Positions 17,596-25,926 of a stretch of 64,000 bases of DNA are shown here, piece by piece. The notes under the pieces are model-generated. The model searched no databases. It was given only the letters and a program-made list of their open reading frames with translations, and had not been told where the DNA came from. Source of the stretch: Candidatus Omnitrophota bacterium (lineage in GTDB: Bacteria; Omnitrophota; Gorgyraeia; Pluralincolimonadales; Pluralincolimonadaceae); NCBI GenBank assembly GCA_041653595.1, contig JBAZFB010000001.1:4467-68466 (forward strand), read 5' to 3'. Numbering within the stretch: the stretch's first letter is position 1; every line of letters starts with the position of its first letter. The position numbers and the translations under genes are program-made.

Positions 17596-18359
17596 AGTGT
17601 ACCAAGAAACCATTTTTTTACTTCTGTGACGAATTGCCCGGGATAATCCCGCATTAAGTACTCTGCGTGCGGCCCGTTCTTTATAATGATCATTTTCTTC
17701 GTCCCGCTTGCCTTTTGGTATAGGGCCTCGGAATGCCACGGCCTGATCACCCAATCCCGGCTGCCGTGCATGAACATGATCGGAATGGTGATCTTACCGA
17801 CGTTATCAATGGGCCTCTTCTTAGCCAGCCAGAATGGCCCCGGTCGCACGCCTTTACCGATTTTTCCCTTAGGATCCGATAAAATGTACGCCACGTCACC
17901 TTTCCAGTCAAGGGCCCATACCCAGTAATCAATTCTCGATATATTCGACGGCGCGCTGACACAAATAAAACTATCCACGCGTTTATCATTAGCGAGGAGA
18001 TTAATACTGATGCTTGCTCCCATAGAAAAAGCAACCAACCCGATCTTAGGGTATTGCGGAGCGATAAAATCTAATACCGCCCGTAAATCATTCTCTTCCC
18101 GGCTCGTCCAGGTAAACACGCCGCTGCTTTTGCCATGCCCGCGAAAATCAAACATAAAAATATCGTACTCTCCGCCAAGCGCCTGAGTCAACTGCTGCAA
18201 AAGCAGGCACTGTTTACTATTATAATAACCATGCGCAATAATGATAACGGCGAGCCCGCCATTCTTAAAATGCTGGAATGATATTTTCTGGCGGTCAACG
18301 GTGGCAAGCGTACCGCTGACTACCGCGGGAATAACTGCTTCAAGGCCCGGCGTTTTCAT
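17592..18359 (-). CDS. alpha/beta-fold hydrolase (lipase/thioesterase-like)
   Basis: GHGKSSG and AFSMGAS (GxSxG) motifs; translationally coupled to the downstream tri-domain enzyme. Confidence 0.8.
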   Translation of the reverse strand: MKTPGLEAVIPAVVSGTLATVDRQKISFQHFKNGGLAVIIIAHGYYNSKQCLLLQQLTQALGGEYDIFMFDFRGHGKSSGVFTWTSREENDLRAVLDFIAPQYPKIGLVAFSMGASISINLLANDKRVDSFICVSAPSNISRIDYWVWALDWKGDVAYILSDPKGKIGKGVRPGPFWLAKKRPIDNVGKITIPIMFMHGSRDWVIRPWHSEALYQKASGTKKMIIIKNGPHAEYLMRDYPGQFVTEVKKWFLGTL

Positions 18360-18432
18360 CGCCTTCTCCCCGGATATAAAATGTCCGCCCCGTTAGAGGC
18401 GGACATTTGTATTGTGAGAACCGATTATGCAT

Positions 18433-19041
18433 CTATCTTTGGAGCTTCGTGACCTTCGCGCCGTTCAGGCTGAGGTCATACATCAGTCCTTTTTCTCCGA
18501 ACACGAACGCGACGATCGGCTTGTTGGAAATAGCGCTGCTCATCTGGGTGCCTGCCCCGAGCGCTATGACAGCTACGGATGCGTCAGCGCCGATCTTCCA
18601 GCCCTGGCTATCCCTGAAATTCTTCAAAGCCTCATCGGTCATGAACGCGATTATAATGGTCTTCTTCTGCCCGCCAAGCTGGAATCCTATCGAAGCGGCG
18701 GCAGTACTATAATAATCGACCGTCTTACCGCGTATCCTGAGGGCCCCTTCTCCGTATTCTCCGCCTATTCCAATAGCCCCTTTAAAGACTGACGGAAAAA
18801 TAAGCAGACCCTTCGCCTTATCTATGACGTCACCGCCTCCTTTTATATCCTGAAGGGTTTTAAGCGATACATCCACTCCGGCATCTATATCCTTTGCGCT
18901 TACAGCATACGAATACGTCTCCAGGCAAAACATTACCGCAAAAGCCATGCATAAAACAGCCAACGCTCTCTTTACCATACGCATTTTTCCCATCTTCGGC
19001 TCCTTTCTATTGTTTTTGACCGTATTGCTTAAGAACTTCAT
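18433..19041 (-). CDS. Secreted SYLF (Ysc84/DUF500) lipid-binding domain protein
   Basis: Signal peptide followed by a SYLF-like region GGEYGEGALRIRGKTVDYYSTAAASIGFQLGGQKK. Confidence 0.65.
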   Translation of the reverse strand: MKFLSNTVKNNRKEPKMGKMRMVKRALAVLCMAFAVMFCLETYSYAVSAKDIDAGVDVSLKTLQDIKGGGDVIDKAKGLLIFPSVFKGAIGIGGEYGEGALRIRGKTVDYYSTAAASIGFQLGGQKKTIIIAFMTDEALKNFRDSQGWKIGADASVAVIALGAGTQMSSAISNKPIVAFVFGEKGLMYDLSLNGAKVTKLQR

Positions 19042-19155
19042 CTTCGTTTTGACCTATCTCTCCGGATATACGTAATTATAGACGCATAAAAAAATATGAG
19101 AATTGGCTAATTCACCTTTTTATTGACTTTTTTCCACCGAGCACACCACGAATCG

Positions 19156-19707
19156 TCACATAGGGGGCAAGGAGCTGAAATTGGCATCATCAAAATAGCA
19201 GCACCCCCCTGTCTTCTTTTTGGCAGCCTGGATCACTGCCTTGATCTTTGCTTTAGCGGCGCCTGAGGGCGCAATAACCGCCGGAGTTGATAAAAGCTTC
19301 CAAGTATCGCTGGCGACGGTAAGCGGAGGGCTCTTTATCGGCTCACTTATTATGACGTTATCGGTAGTGCACCATTCTATCTGTATCCACGCTTTAGAAT
19401 CGCCGGAAATAGAGTCGCCGGGCTTGCCTAAAATATAGACGCTCGCTTTATACTGCATGCCGGGAATTATTTTTATGTACTGTTCAAATGATCCGTCTCC
19501 ATAATCCCAAACCCAAGTCTTTCCGGATTGTTTGCCGCTCCTATAGGTTCCCGTATCATATGTGGCGTCGCCGTACAAACCCCATCCGGACGGACCAGCT
19601 TTTTCAAAACCCGGGTTGACAAGCAAATTACCTTGCTCAGCGAACGAGGATAAACCAACAGAGCTCAGGGCAAGGACAAGAAAACAAATAAGACATGATC
19701 TTCTCAT
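19156..19707 (-). CDS. Secreted CBM4_9-like (NPGFE-type) carbohydrate-binding protein, paralog 1
   Basis: Signal peptide then LLVNPGFEKA…; three paralogs occur in tandem; sits directly downstream of promoter cassette copy 1. Confidence 0.6.
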   Translation of the reverse strand: MRRSCLICFLVLALSSVGLSSFAEQGNLLVNPGFEKAGPSGWGLYGDATYDTGTYRSGKQSGKTWVWDYGDGSFEQYIKIIPGMQYKASVYILGKPGDSISGDSKAWIQIEWCTTDNVIISEPIKSPPLTVASDTWKLLSTPAVIAPSGAAKAKIKAVIQAAKKKTGGCCYFDDANFSSLPPM

Positions 19708-19721
19708 CCTTATGTTCCTCC

Positions 19722-19816
19722 TTTTATTTAGCTGGTTTTATTATAGGGGTAATGTCTTGCTATATCAAGGATTTTTGGGTATCAGGGAGGGATTTACTCG
19801 CGGAATTTGAGGCCAC
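19722..19816 (-). repeat. Promoter cassette copy 1 (-35 TTGATA at 19763-19768, -10 TATAAT at 19740-19745 on the minus strand, 17-bp spacer) plus the upstream arm GGAATTTGAG…
   Basis: Read directly from the sequence; about 80-90% identical to the copies at 22255, 25821 and 33681. Confidence 0.55.
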
Positions 19817-19873
19817 TATTAAGAAAATTTTGGGGCAGGGATCTTGGACCCCTGCCCCATCTCTAAACGAAAC

Positions 19874-20464
19874 TTACTTAACTGACTTTTTTCTGTTGAA
19901 ACCAAACAAACCGACCAATCCTGAGCCGAGCAAAAGCATGCTTGCCGGTTCCGGAACTGCCTGCGCATCAAAGTTGGCATTGTCGAAGTAGACATCATTG
20001 CCGCTATGGCTAGTAGGAGATACCAGAACATAACCCAGCTTTGCCGTCGTGGCGCCGTCCGGCGCTACCGTCCATGGAGTTTCAAAGTACGTCCAGTCGG
20101 TATTAGCGGTTGTAAGCTTGGCGCTCTCTACGGCCGTTCCCGCACCATCCCACTGGAACTGTATCCAAGCGCTACCGGTATCTAAACCGGCAGATTTCAG
20201 ATAGCCGCTTGCCTTATAGGCAACACCCCCCGTAACATCAACCGTCTGTTCGAACTTCCCATCGGCGTAGTTCCATGACCAAGCATGCGCTGACTGGGCG
20301 CCGCTCATCTTTACCTCTGTAACATAGTTGCTATCACCCCAGTTGCTCCAACCAGTGCCGGTTTCAAACCCAGGGTCGCTGAGCAAGTTAGCGGATGCTG
20401 TTGACGGCGTTGAGATAAGCGCGACTGCCATGATCACCAAAGTTGCAAAATAGAATTTCTTCAT
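19874..20464 (-). CDS. Secreted CBM4_9-like protein, paralog 2, with a C-terminal PEP-CTERM sorting signal
   Basis: Signal peptide, LLSDPGFETGTGW…, and a C-terminus VPEP-ASMLLLGSGLVGLFGF-NRKK, which is the canonical PEP motif plus TM helix plus basic tail. Confidence 0.7.
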   Translation of the reverse strand: MKKFYFATLVIMAVALISTPSTASANLLSDPGFETGTGWSNWGDSNYVTEVKMSGAQSAHAWSWNYADGKFEQTVDVTGGVAYKASGYLKSAGLDTGSAWIQFQWDGAGTAVESAKLTTANTDWTYFETPWTVAPDGATTAKLGYVLVSPTSHSGNDVYFDNANFDAQAVPEPASMLLLGSGLVGLFGFNRKKSVK

Positions 20465-20503
20465 TTAACTATTTCACCTCCTCTCTTTTCTTTATTCTTG
20501 TAT

Positions 20504-20527
20504 GTTTCTGCTCACGAGAGCAGAAAC
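20504..20527 (-). promoter_or_regulatory. 10-bp perfect stem-loop (GTTTCTGCTC-ACGA-GAGCAGAAAC) in the leader of paralog 2, about 35 nt upstream of its start codon
   Basis: Perfect inverted repeat; it shares the core GCTC(A/T)CG(A/T)GAGC with the hairpin at 21162-21189. Confidence 0.4.
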
Positions 20528-20590
20528 ATTAAAAATCTGTCTCTAATATCCTTCTCATCGGGAATAAGATCTGTTGCTTACATTAATATA

Positions 20591-21136
20591 TTACGGGACC
20601 GTCCTGAAATCCGCATCATCAAAATAGCAAGACCCCGGAGTGTTCTTTTGGGCAGCCTGGATCACTACCTTGATCTTTGCTTTAGCGGCGCTTGGGGGCG
20701 CAATAGCCGTCGGAGTTGATAAGATCGCCCAAGTGTCGCTGGCGCCGGCAAGAGGAGAGCTCTTTACCGGGTCACCAATTATGGCGCTATCGGCAGTGCA
20801 CCATTCTATCTGTATCCACACCTTAGAATCGCCGGAAATAGGGTCGCTGGGTTTACTTAAAACAGAGACGCTCGCTTTATACTGCGTGCCGGGAATTACA
20901 TCGACATACTGCTCGAATACTCCATCGCCATAATCCCAAGCCCAAGCCTTTCCGGATTGTATACCGCTCTTATAGGTTTCAGTATCATATGTAGAGTCGC
21001 CGTACAGATCCCATCCAAGCGAATCAGCTTTTTCAAAACCCGGGTTGACAAGCAAGTTACCGTCAGCAGCGAATAAGGACAAAATGAAGAAAGTCAAAAC
21101 GAAAACAAGAATACAGCCTACGCATACCCCTTTCAT
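20591..21136 (-). CDS. Secreted CBM4_9-like protein, paralog 3 (start at MKGVCVG, preceded by AAAGGAGGAAGG)
   Basis: LLVNPGFEKADSLGW…; about 70% identical to paralog 1; no PEP-CTERM. Confidence 0.65.
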   Translation of the reverse strand: MKGVCVGCILVFVLTFFILSLFAADGNLLVNPGFEKADSLGWDLYGDSTYDTETYKSGIQSGKAWAWDYGDGVFEQYVDVIPGTQYKASVSVLSKPSDPISGDSKVWIQIEWCTADSAIIGDPVKSSPLAGASDTWAILSTPTAIAPPSAAKAKIKVVIQAAQKNTPGSCYFDDADFRTVP

Positions 21137-21161
21137 GCTTCCCTTCCTCCTTTTTTTGATG

Positions 21162-21189
21162 CCTATGCTCTCGTGAGCATAAACATAGG
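21162..21189 (-). promoter_or_regulatory. Nested stem-loop CCTATGCTC-TCGTG-AGCAT-AAA-CATAGG in the leader of paralog 3, downstream of a TTGACA–17–TAACCT promoter (21187-21215)
   Basis: Inverted repeats read directly; -35 TTGACA at 21210-21215 and -10 TAACCT at 21187-21192 on the minus strand. Confidence 0.4.
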
Positions 21190-21234
21190 TTACCATATAG
21201 GCTTTATAATGTCAAGCCGATTTTATTGCTTTTT

Positions 21235-22233
21235 TTAGGTTGATTTTCTAATAACAAGTTTTGGCTCAAAAAAACGCGTGTAGTCCTTATTTTTGCCTTG
21301 GGGGATGACATTTTTGATCAATGTCTCGGCAGCCGCAAAGGCCATATCTTTTACCGGCTGAGAAATCGTAGATAAGGAAGGAGAAAAATTTTCACAGCTC
21401 GGTATATTGTCAAAGCCGATCACGGCTATATCTTTGGGTATATCCCTGCCGGCTTGTTTAATAGCTGACATCGCCGCAAGGGCCATCCTATCGTTTGCGG
21501 CAAAGACAGCGTCGGGGGGTTCTTTTAATGATAACAGCCTTTCGATGGCCAGTTTCTCATAATTAACATGATTATTATCATCGTTATATTGCACGTATTC
21601 AATTATTACCTGTTTGTCCGCCTCTTGTAAAGCTTTTTTATATCCTCTGAATCTATCCTCGGCATCCACCCAGTTCTTGTGGCCATGAATGAACGCTATC
21701 CTCTTGCGGCCGGAATCCAATAAATATTTTGTTGCCAGATAGCCTCCCGTAACATTATCGCAGTCGAAAGAAGAAAGATCCTTAAGATGCGAACATAAAA
21801 GGACTAAGGGTACCTTTTTATCCTGCAATCCAAGCACGTCTTTATAATTGTCTTTTCCGATAGCCGGCAAGATAAAACCTGATACTGATTTATTCAGATA
21901 CGTATTCAAACATTCAAAACTATTAAATTTATCCTGGGTAAATAACATGACTTGATAGCCTTCTTTCTTGGCGGCTTCACTTACACCTTTGATTATTTCC
22001 TGGACATAAGGCTCCATACTAAAGAGGCCTCCTCCAAAGAAAAGAAGCCCAAGGACGTTTATTTTTCCCGAAAGAAGTCTGGCGGAATGGATATTAGGAG
22101 CGTAGGGTTCTTTTTTAAGGTAATCCAGCACCAAAGCGCGGGTTTTTTCCGAAACATACCTGTCTTCCCTTAAGACCCGCGCTACGGTAAACCTTGATAC
22201 TTTTAATTTTTTTCCTATTTCCCTAAGGGACAT
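21235..22233 (-). CDS. LacI-family transcriptional regulator
   Basis: N-terminal helix-turn-helix LREIGKKLKVSRFTVARVL and a periplasmic-binding-protein-like C-terminal domain. Confidence 0.85.
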   Translation of the reverse strand: MSLREIGKKLKVSRFTVARVLREDRYVSEKTRALVLDYLKKEPYAPNIHSARLLSGKINVLGLLFFGGGLFSMEPYVQEIIKGVSEAAKKEGYQVMLFTQDKFNSFECLNTYLNKSVSGFILPAIGKDNYKDVLGLQDKKVPLVLLCSHLKDLSSFDCDNVTGGYLATKYLLDSGRKRIAFIHGHKNWVDAEDRFRGYKKALQEADKQVIIEYVQYNDDNNHVNYEKLAIERLLSLKEPPDAVFAANDRMALAAMSAIKQAGRDIPKDIAVIGFDNIPSCENFSPSLSTISQPVKDMAFAAAETLIKNVIPQGKNKDYTRFFEPKLVIRKST

Positions 22234-22254
22234 TGAAGCCTTAATCTCCTTCTC

Positions 22255-22325
22255 TCCTTAATTAGCTGGTTTTATTATAGGGATAATATCTTGCTATATC
22301 AAGGATTTTTGGGGATTAAAGGCGT
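22255..22325 (-). repeat. Promoter cassette copy 2 (-35 TTGATA at 22297-22302, -10 TATAAT at 22274-22279), positioned to drive the LacI regulator
   Basis: TTGATA, a 17-bp spacer, TATAAT, then AAAACCAGCTAA, as in the other copies. Confidence 0.55.
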
Positions 22326-22332
22326 CATCTCC

Positions 22333-24945
22333 CTATCGCCCCGCATACGCAAAGCGGGTCTGGAGCCGGATGTCGCGGGATGAACTGCCGACGAGAATGT
22401 CGAATTCGCCGGGTTCGGCGACCCAACCCTTCGCCTCAGCGTCGTAGAACGCGAGGGCTCGCTCGTTCAAACGGAAGATGACCTGCTTCGTTTCGCCCGG
22501 CGCCAACTCCACCTTCTCGAACCCCTTGAGCTCCTTCACGGGGCGGAGCAGGCGGGACTCGACATCGTGGACGTAGAGTTGCACGACTTCCTTGCCCTTG
22601 CGCTTGCCCGTGTTCGTGATGTCCACGCTAGCGACAAGGGTCTTGGGGTCCACATTCAGGTTGCTGTACTTGAATGTCGTGTAGGACAATCCGTGCCCGA
22701 ACGGGAAAAGGGGTTCCACGTTCCGAGTGTCGTAGTAACGGTAGCCGACCAGCAGGCCTTCCTTATACTCGCAGTCCTTATCGTTGTACTGCCCGATCGC
22801 GTGGGCTGGACAGTCCTCGAGCCGCTTGGGAAACGTGATCGGCAGCTTGCCGGAGGGGTTGACGTCACCGAACACGATGTCGGCCACGGCGTTTCCGGCT
22901 TCCATGCCGGCATACCACGTCTGGACCACGCAGGGCACTTTGTCGATCCACGGCATCTCTACGGCGCTGCCGGAGATCAGGAACACGGCAGTGCGCGGAT
23001 TGGCCGCCGCGACTGCCTCGATCAACTCGTTCTGCCGCCCGTGCAGCCGGATGTCACGACGGTCCTCACCCTCCATGTCGTACCGATGGTTCTGGCCCGC
23101 GAACACCAGCACGGCATCTGCCGCGCGCGCCGCCTTGATCGCCTCGGCAAATTCGACTTCGGGGCCGACGCGGGAGTCCGGCCGGACCCAACCCAGTTTG
23201 ACCATCGCATCGCCGCTGGATTCATAGTACTCCACCTCGAAGCGGTAGGTCTGGCCCGCGGCCAACTCGATCTTCGCGTCTTTCCGTTCCTCTGCATGAT
23301 CGGCCCAGTTGTCGATCACCACCTTGCCGTTGATCTTCAGCCTCGAACCGTCGTCGCTCGTGAGGCCCAAGTTATAGATCCCGTTGGCAGTCGGCAGGAT
23401 ATCAGCCGTCCACCGCGCGGAGAAGTTATCCTTGGATACACCTGCGGCCGGACCCAGGTCCTTCCAGTTAAAGTCCATGGCCTTCTCATACCGGATCTCG
23501 ACCGGCTGACCATTCAGATTACGGTTGTTGAAGTACTCGCCCTTCCAACTCCGGATGTTTGACTTGGGATCCGTGGTCTGCACATACTTATCGCTGATCG
23601 CTTCGAAGACCGTGGCGTCGCCCGTGTCCCGGTAGCCCTCCACGTACGTGATCTTAACCATTCCCCCGCCCTTGCGTTTCAGCCCCTCGAGCGGGGTGAT
23701 TTCGTAAAGCGCGCGGATCGCCGAACTGCCGCCTTGATTCGCATGCTGCATGACGGCGTTCTCGCCGATCACCGCGAGCTTCAGTGTCTTGTTAATGTCG
23801 AGCGGCAGGACGCCGTCGTTCTTCAGCAGCACCATCGCCTCGCCGGCGACATCCCGGACCGCCTGCTGGTTTGCGGCGGTGTTGCGCGATCCGGTCTTGC
23901 GTGTCGACGGATCAAGCATACCGGCCCGGATCATGAAGCGGAGGATCCGCCGGACCTTGTCGTCGACGACGCTCTCCGGAATCTCCCCGCGCTCGACGGC
24001 CTGCCGAAGGGGATTCGCAAAGAAGAAGGTGTCGTAGTTGTCCGACGTGCCCATCTCTATATCGAGCCCGTTCACCGCGGCATCGCGCGTGCTGTGCGTT
24101 CCGCCCCAGTCCGAAATACAGACGCCGTCGAACCCCCACTCCCCCTTGAGAATGTCGTTCACGAGGTACTTGTTCTCCCCGCACCACTGTCCCCGGAACT
24201 TGTTGTAGGAGGTCATGATAGTCCAGGCACCCGCGCGGACGGCCGCCTCGAACGCCGGCAGGTAAATTTCGCGCAGGGTGCGCTCGTCGGCCACCACGTT
24301 GACCCAACCGCGGTTCCACTCCTGGTTATTCAGCGCGTAGTGCTTCACGCACGCCGCCACATCGTTGCTCTGGATGCCGCGCACCACCTCGGACGCCATC
24401 TGGCCGACTTGGTACGGGTCCTCGCCGTAATACTCAAAATTGCGGCCACAGACGGGAGTGCGGACGATGTTGATGCCGGGGCCCAGGAGGATGTCCTTGT
24501 TACGATGACGCGCCTCCGTGCCCAATGTTTCGCCGAATCGGCGTCCCATTTCCCGATTCCAAGTCGATGCCAGCGCGGAGCCGGTCGGGAGATAGGTCAC
24601 GTAGTCATCCTCCCACCCCGCGGGCTCCCAGGAGTTGGCGGCGGTTTCGCGCCGTACTCCGTGCGGGCCGTCGGACATCGCCACACGGGGGATCCCCAGC
24701 CGTTCAATCCCGGCGGTATTGAACTTCGAATTGGCGTGGCAAAGCGAAAGCTTTTCGGCCAGCGACATCTGCTTCAGCAGGTCATTGATGCGTGTTTCAA
24801 TTGCCGGCACCGGCGCGAGGTTCTCAGCTTTGTCGATAGCGGTCGCGGCAACAGCTTGAGTTTCTGATCCAAAACCCTGGAGTCCGCCGCATGATATAGT
24901 GAATGTTACCAGAAGTGTGACGAAAATGTACTTAAACATATTCAT
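22333..24945 (-). CDS. GH3 beta-glucosidase (BglX-like) with a PA14 insertion and a C-terminal Fn3-like domain; secreted or lipoprotein. GC-rich gene.
   Basis: GH3 motifs (KHYALNNQE, GFDGVCISDWGG), a PA14-like segment (FSARWTADILPTANGIYNLGLTSDDGSRLKINGK), and an N-terminus MNMFKYIFVTLLVTFTISCGG. Confidence 0.9.
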   Translation of the reverse strand: MNMFKYIFVTLLVTFTISCGGLQGFGSETQAVAATAIDKAENLAPVPAIETRINDLLKQMSLAEKLSLCHANSKFNTAGIERLGIPRVAMSDGPHGVRRETAANSWEPAGWEDDYVTYLPTGSALASTWNREMGRRFGETLGTEARHRNKDILLGPGINIVRTPVCGRNFEYYGEDPYQVGQMASEVVRGIQSNDVAACVKHYALNNQEWNRGWVNVVADERTLREIYLPAFEAAVRAGAWTIMTSYNKFRGQWCGENKYLVNDILKGEWGFDGVCISDWGGTHSTRDAAVNGLDIEMGTSDNYDTFFFANPLRQAVERGEIPESVVDDKVRRILRFMIRAGMLDPSTRKTGSRNTAANQQAVRDVAGEAMVLLKNDGVLPLDINKTLKLAVIGENAVMQHANQGGSSAIRALYEITPLEGLKRKGGGMVKITYVEGYRDTGDATVFEAISDKYVQTTDPKSNIRSWKGEYFNNRNLNGQPVEIRYEKAMDFNWKDLGPAAGVSKDNFSARWTADILPTANGIYNLGLTSDDGSRLKINGKVVIDNWADHAEERKDAKIELAAGQTYRFEVEYYESSGDAMVKLGWVRPDSRVGPEVEFAEAIKAARAADAVLVFAGQNHRYDMEGEDRRDIRLHGRQNELIEAVAAANPRTAVFLISGSAVEMPWIDKVPCVVQTWYAGMEAGNAVADIVFGDVNPSGKLPITFPKRLEDCPAHAIGQYNDKDCEYKEGLLVGYRYYDTRNVEPLFPFGHGLSYTTFKYSNLNVDPKTLVASVDITNTGKRKGKEVVQLYVHDVESRLLRPVKELKGFEKVELAPGETKQVIFRLNERALAFYDAEAKGWVAEPGEFDILVGSSSRDIRLQTRFAYAGR

Positions 24946-25010
24946 ACCTTTGCTCCTTTTTATACAAATCATTTAATAATAGCTCCTTTTTTCATTGTTT
25001 CTCTTTATAT

Positions 25011-25024
25011 TGCCCACGTGGGCA
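25011..25024 (-). promoter_or_regulatory. Perfect 14-bp palindrome TGCCCACGTGGGCA (LacI-family operator architecture TG-N4-CG-N4-CA) inside the putative GH3 promoter spacer (TTAAAC–17–TATAAA)
   Basis: The palindrome is seen directly. It lies exactly between the candidate -35 and -10 elements, about 40-60 nt upstream of the GH3 start. The LacI-family regulator is the next gene downstream. Confidence 0.35.
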
Positions 25025-25102
25025 TAGTTTAACACATAATCACCCTTTTTCAAGAGAAATTTACTGCTTTTTTTATGGGAATTCTTGGCAAGGCTACACC
25101 AA

Positions 25103-25807
25103 TTACACGATTTTTCCAAAAAGGGCACCCACGGCGGCCGTCAACGCCATTGCTAATGCTCCCCAAAACGTAACGCGAATAGCTGCTCTCGCTATGGGTG
25201 CTCCGCCTACGAATGCCGCCAGCGCCCCTAACCCCGCGAGAAAAACAAGCGTGACCCCAAAAACAACGGGAACCAATTTCGTTCCCGGAACTACAAACAC
25301 GATGAGAAGCGGCATCGCTGCGCCGACAGAAAAACTCGCTGCCGATGCCCACGCGGCTTGTAACGGGTGAGCGATGAAATTAAGAGAGATGCCGAGTTCG
25401 TCACGGGCGTGTGCCGACAATGCGTCATGGGCCATCAATTGCTCGGCAACCTGTTTTGCGAGCGGCGGATCCAGTCCCCGGCCCTCGTAGATTGACGCCA
25501 GCTCCCTGTGCTCGTTTTCATTATCTACATCGAGTTCCTTGCGCTCGCGCGCCAGGTCTGCTCTTTCGGTATCGGCCTGTGAGCTTACCGATACGTACTC
25601 GCCGGCCGCCATTGACATCGCCCCTGCGACCAAACCGGCGACGCCGGCGACCAATACTGAACCTCTAGACGCGTGAGCCGCAGCTACGCCCACAATGAGG
25701 CTTGCGGTTGATACTATCCCATCGTTCGCGCCCAGAACTGCGGCACGTAACCAACCAATCCGGTACGTACGATGATGTTCCCTATGACTACTTCTGGCCG
25801 CCACCAT
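25103..25807 (-). CDS. VIT1/CCC1-family (DUF125) iron/manganese transporter
   Basis: LRAAVLGANDGIVSTASLIVGVAAA and the C-terminal TM repeats. GC-rich like the GH3 gene. Confidence 0.8.
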   Translation of the reverse strand: MVAARSSHREHHRTYRIGWLRAAVLGANDGIVSTASLIVGVAAAHASRGSVLVAGVAGLVAGAMSMAAGEYVSVSSQADTERADLARERKELDVDNENEHRELASIYEGRGLDPPLAKQVAEQLMAHDALSAHARDELGISLNFIAHPLQAAWASAASFSVGAAMPLLIVFVVPGTKLVPVVFGVTLVFLAGLGALAAFVGGAPIARAAIRVTFWGALAMALTAAVGALFGKIV

Positions 25808-25820
25808 TGTATCTTCCTTT

Positions 25821-25926
25821 CAGCCGAGGGAAACCTCTCTAATTTAGCTGGTTTTATTATAAGGGTTATATCTTAGTATTTCAATAATTTTTGCGGAATT
25901 AGAGAGGGGTTTTATCGCGAAATTTT
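25821..25926 (-). repeat. Promoter cassette copy 3 (-35 TTGAAA at 25879-25884, -10 TATAAT at 25856-25861) with a 5'UTR module AGAGAGGTTTCCCTCGGCTG; positioned to drive the VIT gene
   Basis: Read directly from the sequence. Confidence 0.55.

Noticed and set aside
22567-24867. Long plus-strand ORFs (331 aa, 377 aa and several 60-150 aa) inside the GH3 gene
   Set aside because: They are antisense to a well-supported GH3 coding sequence in a roughly 60% GC region, where stop codons are rare. Their translations are low-complexity (Arg/Ala/Gly/Pro-rich) with no recognisable motifs.
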